A stretch of 64,000 bases of DNA, taken from NCBI GenBank assembly GCA_963706595.1, contig OY970166.1, positions 5,312,001 through 5,376,000 of the forward strand, written 5' to 3'. The DNA comes from an uncultured cyanobacterium (GTDB lineage: Bacteria > Cyanobacteriota > Cyanobacteriia > Cyanobacteriales > Nostocaceae). The notes below the pieces were generated by a model. It worked only from the letters and a program-made list of their open reading frames with translations. It was not told the origin of the DNA and did not search any database. This document shows positions 57,588-64,000 of the stretch, piece by piece. Both the position numbers and the translations under genes were made by a program. Each line of letters begins with the position of its first letter. The stretch's first letter is position 1.

Positions 57588-58979
57588 TTATATTAAATTT
57601 TCCAACTCGTGCTGTAAATCATTCGTCAAATCAGCAACAGCTTTTTTTGCAGCTAAACGATTTTCTTTATACGCTGAATAACGCTCTGATACTGATATCG
57701 GCTCACCAATGGTAATTTTTACTCGTTGCTTACCTAATTGCGGCATCTGGCTAACTTTATTACCTTTAATGCGAGCGATCATTTTCCATAAAATTAAAGT
57801 TGTTTCGGCAAATCTTTCTACTGTGGGTTTTTCTCGAATATAATTACCAGAAACTGCGACAAAGCTTTCGACTAATCTCATGTGCCACATTCGGGAATTG
57901 GCTTCGTCCGCAACGCGATCGCCTAATGCTTTCTCTACAGGCGATAATGCTTTGATATCCTTAAACTCTTCTCTAAATATATAATTCCAACCAGCTTGTT
58001 CTACTCGCCGACAGCGATCGCTTAACTGTCCTTTAGATAGTAAGTTAAAATATTCCTCAGATATGCGTAAAGCTGTATCTAATAAGGCTTGCAACCGGAT
58101 GACTAAAGCGGCATTGCGATCGCTTGTTTCTGCGGCTATAGTTTTAGCATCAGGCAAAGTTTGATGATAAAATCGCGTGTAAAACTGTTCCATCAACGAA
58201 AGCAAGTGTTCTGCTAAGGTCAACAACCTGGGATAAAGTGACTCCAGACAACTCACCTCATTTTGCTGTCCCGAATGTACCACCAAGCCACTAGACGCTT
58301 CTAATTCGCTTAATAAATTGGCGATCGCACTCCAAGGAGCAGCCACATAATCATATTTAATCCCAACTGGTACAATTAAAACTTGTTCCGAACGTTCCTG
58401 CTTGTGCAAATCTTCCGCACACCAAAAGCCTAATTGAGCGATACCCGGTTCCAAAGGGCTGATAAATTCTGACAAACCATTAGTAGCACCTTCTGGCGCA
58501 GCAGCCATCGGAAATTGACCGTTAGCAAACAAATCACGCGCCGAACGTAACCCCGTCCAGTCAGCCTTACCCCGTTGAATGGAAGTCCCACCCAAACGCG
58601 AAGCAATCCAACCGACATAAGAACCAGCCCAGAGAGGAATGCCGCGATCGTAGATAAAATGAGCATGAATCGGCAAGTGTAGCGCTGTGTTCTGCTTTCG
58701 TGCTACTTTTGGCACGAGTTGAGAAAACAAATAGGTCAAACAAAAGGGATCATCTGTTTTAGGATGGCGAAACGCCAACAAAAAGCGGACTTTACCCTCT
58801 TGAAACTGGCGATAAAGATCCACCAACACCTCTACATTATCTGCTTCAATTTGGGTAATAGCTGTTTGCCAATTAATCCAACTCGGTAGCAACAGATGAA
58901 AGCCTTTCAGAACCAAGGGATTGAAGGCTGGAGGAATAAATTCTAGGGGTGCTTGTGCTTGATAAATTGTATCTGACAA
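57588..58979 (-). CDS. Phospholipid/glycerol acyltransferase family protein
   Basis: FRHPKTDDP (HxxxxD), AAAPEGATNG, IVPVGIKY; probable TTG start at 58979. Confidence 0.85.
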   Translation of the reverse strand: MSDTIYQAQAPLEFIPPAFNPLVLKGFHLLLPSWINWQTAITQIEADNVEVLVDLYRQFQEGKVRFLLAFRHPKTDDPFCLTYLFSQLVPKVARKQNTALHLPIHAHFIYDRGIPLWAGSYVGWIASRLGGTSIQRGKADWTGLRSARDLFANGQFPMAAAPEGATNGLSEFISPLEPGIAQLGFWCAEDLHKQERSEQVLIVPVGIKYDYVAAPWSAIANLLSELEASSGLVVHSGQQNEVSCLESLYPRLLTLAEHLLSLMEQFYTRFYHQTLPDAKTIAAETSDRNAALVIRLQALLDTALRISEEYFNLLSKGQLSDRCRRVEQAGWNYIFREEFKDIKALSPVEKALGDRVADEANSRMWHMRLVESFVAVSGNYIREKPTVERFAETTLILWKMIARIKGNKVSQMPQLGKQRVKITIGEPISVSERYSAYKENRLAAKKAVADLTNDLQHELENLI

Positions 58980-59025
58980 GGTAATTTGCTCCTGAATTGA
59001 TGGAAAATTATAGTTCCTATTTTGC

Positions 59026-59148
59026 ACCAGGCGACTGGAAGTCACGGCTACACAGGCAAAACCCGCCTACGCGGGTTAAAAACCCTGATTTTGTCTTAGT
59101 CCGCGCAGGCGGACTTAGTTTGTATAGCCGCGATTTCTAATCGCCAGG
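59026..59148. mobile_element. MITE/REP-like copy of the 24578-24726 element
   Basis: Direct sequence match. Confidence 0.75.
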
Positions 59149-59195
59149 ACTTAACCAATTTTAAAGATTAATAATTCTGAAAAGGGAAAATAAGG

Positions 59196-61004
59196 ATGCG
59201 ACTGTCAAAAATGTTATTCGTCACACTCAGGGATGATCCGGCTGATGCTGAGATTCCCAGCCATAAATTATTACTCCGGGCGGGTTACATTCGTCGCATC
59301 GGTAGCGGGATTTATGCTTATCTACCTTTGATGTGGCGGGTATTACAGAAAGTTTCCCAAATTGTGCGCGAAGAAATGAACGCCACAAACGCACAAGAAT
59401 GTCTTCTACCCCAATTACAACCGGCTGATTTGTGGAAAGAGTCAGGACGCTGGGACACCTACACCAAAGCCGAGGGAATTATGTTTTCCCTCATCGACCG
59501 TCGTGAGCAACAATTAGGATTAGGACCGACTCATGAGGAAGTAATCACCACCGTTGCTCGTGATATGATTCGCTCATATCGGCAACTACCGTTACATTTA
59601 TATCAAATTCAAACCAAATTCCGCGATGAAATTCGCCCCCGTTTTGGCTTGATGCGGGGAAGAGAATTTATTATGAAAGACGGCTATTCTTTCCATGTGG
59701 ATGAAGTCAGCCTCAAGGAAACTTACCAAGATATGTATCAAGCCTACAGCAATATGTTACGCCGTTCTGGTTTAGCATTCCGGGCTGTAGAAGCTGATTC
59801 TGGCGCGATTGGCGGTTCTGGTTCTACAGAATTTATGGTATTAGCAGATGCGGGAGAAGATGAAGTTCTCTACACTGAAGATGGTAAATATGCGGCTAAC
59901 GTAGAAAAAGCCGTTTCTTTAGCAAGTGATGCGGAAACTTCACCGTTTACAAGTTATGAAAAACGGGAAACACCAGGAACAGAAACCATAGAAAAAGTTT
60001 GTAATTTTCTTAAATGTTCTCCTACGCAAATTGTTAAAAATGTTCTTTACCAAACAGTTTATGATAATGGCATGACGGTTTTGGTATTGGTGAATATTCG
60101 AGGTGATCAGGAAGTTAATCAAGTCAAGTTGCAGAATGAATTGACCAAATTAGCTGCTAATTACGGTGCTAAAGCTATTCTTTCCTTAGATGTACCCAAT
60201 GCGGAAATGCAGGAAACATGGGCGGCTAAATCTTTACCTTTAGGTTATATTGCGCCTGATATTGAAGATGAGTATATTTCTGCTAATAAACAGTGTCATC
60301 CCCAGTTTTTGCGGTTAGTCGATAAAACAGCCGTTGAGTTAAAAAACTTTGTCACAGGTGCGAATGAAACTGGCTATCACGTAGTTGGTGCTAATTGGGG
60401 AGAACAATTTAAACTACCTGAAACAATAGTAGATATACGCAAATCGAGACCAGGCGATCGCGCCGTTCATAATCCTGAACAAACCTTGCAAACAGCCAGA
60501 GGAATTGAAGTCGGTCACATTTTCCAATTGGGGACAAAATACTCCCAAGCCATGAGTGCAACGTATACAAACGAACAAGGCGAAGAAAATCCTCTATTCA
60601 TGGGTTGCTATGGGGTGGGTGTATCCAGGTTGGCACAATCGGCTGTAGAGCAATCTTATGATAAAGATGGGATTATTTGGCCAGTTGCGATCGCACCTTA
60701 TCATGCAATTGTGACAATTCCTAACATCAAAGATGCCAAACAACTCGAAGTTGCCGAAAAACTTTACACTGAACTTAACAAAGCAGGTGTAGAAACATTA
60801 CTCGATGACCGAGACGAACGGGCTGGAGTAAAATTCAAAGATGCCGATTTAATTGGTATACCTTACAGAATAGTTACAGGTCGAGCTATTAACAATGGCA
60901 AAGTTGAAATAGTAAAACGCGCCACCCGTGAAACTCAAGAAATAGCCATTGAGGAAGTAGTCAACACACTCCAACAGTGGATTAAAGCAGCACTAGAAGC
61001 ATAA
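59196..61004 (+). CDS. proS: Prolyl-tRNA synthetase
   Basis: [69 protein letters not shown]. Confidence 0.97.
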   Translation: MRLSKMLFVTLRDDPADAEIPSHKLLLRAGYIRRIGSGIYAYLPLMWRVLQKVSQIVREEMNATNAQECLLPQLQPADLWKESGRWDTYTKAEGIMFSLIDRREQQLGLGPTHEEVITTVARDMIRSYRQLPLHLYQIQTKFRDEIRPRFGLMRGREFIMKDGYSFHVDEVSLKETYQDMYQAYSNMLRRSGLAFRAVEADSGAIGGSGSTEFMVLADAGEDEVLYTEDGKYAANVEKAVSLASDAETSPFTSYEKRETPGTETIEKVCNFLKCSPTQIVKNVLYQTVYDNGMTVLVLVNIRGDQEVNQVKLQNELTKLAANYGAKAILSLDVPNAEMQETWAAKSLPLGYIAPDIEDEYISANKQCHPQFLRLVDKTAVELKNFVTGANETGYHVVGANWGEQFKLPETIVDIRKSRPGDRAVHNPEQTLQTARGIEVGHIFQLGTKYSQAMSATYTNEQGEENPLFMGCYGVGVSRLAQSAVEQSYDKDGIIWPVAIAPYHAIVTIPNIKDAKQLEVAEKLYTELNKAGVETLLDDRDERAGVKFKDADLIGIPYRIVTGRAINNGKVEIVKRATRETQEIAIEEVVNTLQQWIKAALEA

Positions 61005-61075
61005 CATATATCTCTTGTGGGGCAGGCATACTTCGACAAGCTCAGTACAAGTCTTGCCTGCCATTGATAGAAAAA

Positions 61076-61489
61076 ATGGCTAAAGACAAATTTCACGATG
61101 CTGTCAAAAACGCCTTAATTAAAGAAGGTTGGACGATAACAAATGATCCATTATTTATTTCATTTGGAGGAGTAGATTTATATGTAGACCTGGGGGCAGA
61201 AAAAATGCTTGCAGCCCAAAAGGATAATCAAAAAATAGCAGTTGAGATAAAAAGCTTTCTTAGTGATTCTACAATTTCTGAATTTCACCAAGCCCTGGGA
61301 AAATTGCTAAATTATCGTTTAATTTTACGGCGACAGGAACCAGAGAGAGTTTTATATTTAGCGGTTCCCCTTGATATTTACGAAAGTTTTTTTAAGCTAG
61401 AATTTACACAACTGGCTATTGCAGATTATCAATTAAAAATCATTGTCTATAATATTGAGCAGGAGGCAATAAGTCAATGGATAAATTAG
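61076..61489 (+). CDS. xisH: XisH family protein
   Basis: MAKDKFHDAVKNALIKEGWTITNDP, VDLGAE, IAVEIKSF, YLAVP. Confidence 0.92.
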   Translation: MAKDKFHDAVKNALIKEGWTITNDPLFISFGGVDLYVDLGAEKMLAAQKDNQKIAVEIKSFLSDSTISEFHQALGKLLNYRLILRRQEPERVLYLAVPLDIYESFFKLEFTQLAIADYQLKIIVYNIEQEAISQWIN

Positions 61490-61812
61490 AACAATATCGT
61501 AATTACATTGAAAATATTCTCAAAGAATACAGTCAATATAAACCCTCTTATGGAGATGTAGAACTACAGTTAGTTATTGATAGAGAAAATAACCATTATC
61601 AGTTAATGACTGTAGGTTGGGATGGTGAAAAGCGCATTCATGGGATGATGTTACATATTGATATTAAAGACGGGAAAATTTGGATACAACATAATGGAAC
61701 TGAGAGGAGAATTGCTCAAGATTTATTAGATTTAGGTGTACCCAAACAAGATATTGTATTAGCCTTCCACTCACCAACGAGAAGAAAGTATACAGATTTT
61801 GCAGTCACTTAA
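61477..61812 (+). CDS. xisI: XisI family protein
   Basis: MDKLEQYR, HYQLMTVGW, KIWIQHNGTE, GVPKQDIVLAF. Confidence 0.92.
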   Translation: MDKLEQYRNYIENILKEYSQYKPSYGDVELQLVIDRENNHYQLMTVGWDGEKRIHGMMLHIDIKDGKIWIQHNGTERRIAQDLLDLGVPKQDIVLAFHSPTRRKYTDFAVT

Positions 61813-62035
61813 AGTTTAGGACTAAAACTACTTAGATTTAATTACTTTCCAAATTATTAAAAATGGATACAACTCATGCAAAAATCCTATTAAACCCTCT
61901 TCCCTTGGCGACCTTGGCGACTTGGCGGTTCGTATTTCCATAAACCAAAATCCAATAAATAAATTAAAATATTGGAAATTTTAGCGAAGAATCAAAAGTG
62001 ATTATTGTTTCTGATACTACACCTTATCATAAGAT

Positions 62036-62758
62036 TTAATCTTCAATTCCAGCATCCCGTAATCGTTTTTCCAACTCTTGTAAACGTTGCAAAGCAGCTT
62101 CTTTTTCTCGCCTTTCTTGTTCCACTAACTCAAACCCCCACAATAATAAATTCCCCTGTTTATCCCACCACCTCAACCAGTAACCTTCACGATTTTCTCG
62201 TTTTCCTGACCACAGACCAATAAATAATTCCATTTCCTCCAACCAATAACGGTTATTTTCATCAGAAGAACGTAATTCATATTTTCCAGACTCATGTAAA
62301 CGATGCACCTCTAAAACACCGTTGTCAGGTTCAAAAATTAGGTAATTGGGAACTTGCAAAACTTGTTCGTAAAAAAACCATTTTCCAGGAGGATAAGTCA
62401 GTTTATTAGAATATTCACTACCATCAGTATCTGAGAGAAATTCCATCACCACAACGGGAATTTCTCCCTGTTTATGAGGGGTATAGCTACGTTTTATTTG
62501 CTCTCTAGGTACGGTAATTCGTGGCACGTAAGCCCAATCAGGTGCTTTCACCACAATTTTGTCATTAACTGTGGCACAGATGCCATAATTGGTTGTAGCT
62601 AGGGCGTGTTCTGGAAGTCTTCCTGCTAATTGTAGGCTTTCAGTTAATGCAGATGCTAAGGATGGTTGATTGACATTATCCACTGGTTCATCATCTAAAA
62701 TGAAATCTTCGGGTAAAAGTTCCCAGGTAATCTTGTGGGGCGAAGCAGTGACAATCAT
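62036..62758 (-). CDS. Uma2 (DUF820) family protein
   Basis: VKAPDW, VVMEFLS, KWFFYEQVLQVPNY, WLRWWD and coiled-coil tail. Confidence 0.88.
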   Translation of the reverse strand: MIVTASPHKITWELLPEDFILDDEPVDNVNQPSLASALTESLQLAGRLPEHALATTNYGICATVNDKIVVKAPDWAYVPRITVPREQIKRSYTPHKQGEIPVVVMEFLSDTDGSEYSNKLTYPPGKWFFYEQVLQVPNYLIFEPDNGVLEVHRLHESGKYELRSSDENNRYWLEEMELFIGLWSGKRENREGYWLRWWDKQGNLLLWGFELVEQERREKEAALQRLQELEKRLRDAGIED

Positions 62759-63426
62759 AGCAACCACAAATGAGGGATTAATTATTAATATAATATAATA
62801 GAATATAATTTGTTAATTGCTAGCTAGGTTGGTTTGACCTCAATAAACACAACAGATAATTTGAAATTATTTAAATATGTAGAGTTGATAATTTGCACTT
62901 AGAAGTTGCTCACATTCAAGTATAAATTTATGTAAATATTTTCCGGCAAATTTCAGGAACTTGCAATTGGGAATTTGATTGATATATTAAAGGAGCAGAT
63001 GGAAAGCGGAAGCAGAAGTACACAGAAGTTTAGATACTTCACCCCTGTGGATATTTAATTTCACCAATATAGAGGATGCGGAGTCTAAAATATTTGCATA
63101 TAGTCCCTGTTAGTATCCGTATTTCCAGAAACGATTATATTTACATTAAGGTTCAGGTGACGGATGAGAACTGTCAACCTAAAATAAAGATGAAATAAAG
63201 TTACTATGGGTGCAGGATGACAAATTGCTGAAATAGCCTAACCAAGAAGATTCCTAATTTAAAATCCCAAATTGGTATGGAAACAGGCAAAATATCAAGT
63301 CAGCAAAATTTCCATAAATCAAGACATCTTTAGATTTTAAGAAACTCCCCATGCATTGATATCGTCTTTAATCAGGCTGCTCCTCTGAACCACACTATAT
63401 TAGCTTCTGTCAGGAAGGTTTTAAAC

Positions 63427-64000
63427 ATGAACGACCAACAAGGATCTAAGCGTATTTCTTCAGGTGTAATTGCAGCCGTCTCAGCAGCAGTTGTAGCGGT
63501 GGGTGGTGGTGTAGCTTGGCTGACTTCTAACCAGTCTCCTACACCAACCAACCCATCTCAAACCATCACACAGCCTACTCCGCCAGTAGTTACCCAGCCA
63601 GCACAGGAGCAAAGACCTAATATTTATTGGCTCAAACCAAGCGGACAAGGTGTTGATTTGGTTCCCCAGCCTATTCAAATAGCTGCTACACAACCCAATC
63701 AAGTTTTAGAAAGTGCTTTCCAAGCTTTATTACAAGGACCAACAGAAGGAACAGATTCCACAACCATCCCCCAAGGAACTAAGTTGCTGGGGCTGAAGAT
63801 GGAAAAAGATGAGGTTCACGTTAATTTATCTGAAGATTTTACCACTGGTGGCGGTACTACTTCCATGATGGGACGCGTTGGACAAGTGGTTTATACTGCG
63901 ACAACACTAGATCCAAAGGCTAAAGTATACATTGAGGTAGACGGCGAACAGTTGGATGTTTTAGGTGGCGAGGGTGTGGAATTGCAACAGCCATTGACTC
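63427..64000 (+). CDS. GerMN (sporulation/germination) domain membrane protein, 3' end outside window
   Basis: Translated by hand from ATG 63427: MNDQQGSKRISSGVIAAVSAAVVAVGGGVAW..., LLQGPT, TTIPQGTKLL, VNLSEDFTTGGG, QVVYTAT. Confidence 0.85.
   Translation, partial: MNDQQGSKRISSGVIAAVSAAVVAVGGGVAWLTSNQSPTPTNPSQTITQPTPPVVTQPAQEQRPNIYWLKPSGQGVDLVPQPIQIAATQPNQVLESAFQALLQGPTEGTDSTTIPQGTKLLGLKMEKDEVHVNLSEDFTTGGGTTSMMGRVGQVVYTATTLDPKAKVYIEVDGEQLDVLGGEGVELQQPLT

Noticed and set aside
61076..61812. xisH/xisI as evidence of an fdxN-type excision element
   Set aside because: There is no recombinase or interrupted gene nearby; xisHI pairs are common scattered paralogues in cyanobacteria.
1..64000. Abundant GCGATCGC octamers; search for tRNA, rRNA, integrase, full transposase or cas1/cas2
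   Set aside because: GCGATCGC is the known cyanobacterial HIP1 signature, not a local feature. None of the other elements was recognisable by eye, but a covariance-model scan would be needed to exclude small RNAs.

Overview
Chromosomal window from a filamentous heterocyst-type cyanobacterium (Nostocales-like). The assignment rests on abundant HIP1 GCGATCGC, STRR heptamer repeats, and pipX/pipY, xisH/xisI, Uma2 and HCP genes. Left to right: (1) small housekeeping and hypothetical genes. (2) A zinc-starvation operon with a Zur-like box: a ThrRS paralogue that has lost its editing domain in frame, a COG0523 GTPase, folE, hisI, cysS and a small secreted Cys-rich protein. (3) A ~19.5-kb type III-D CRISPR-Cas locus: cas6, array 1, RAMP/Csx19/Csx10/small subunits, a CARF-RelE (Cami1-like) effector, HD-less Cas10, Csx3-ATPase, Csx18-like, array 2 and a WYL regulator. 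It has no cas1/cas2, and a csgG-family gene sits between repeats of array 2. (4) mscS, DUF2254 and HCP. (5) A three-gene dynamin-like GTPase / giant Hsp70-like / GrpE-like module, the best candidate for a poorly characterised system. (6) Envelope hypotheticals and a TMEM43 protein. (7) The core block der-ecfT-pipX-pipY-sepF-proC-helicase, an acyltransferase, proS, xisHI, Uma2 and a partial GerMN gene. Several MITE/REP-like families recur between genes. Two frameshifts (HCP, sepF) share the identical context AGTACCTGG and are probably systematic sequencing errors. All family calls come from motifs read by eye; no database searches were run.
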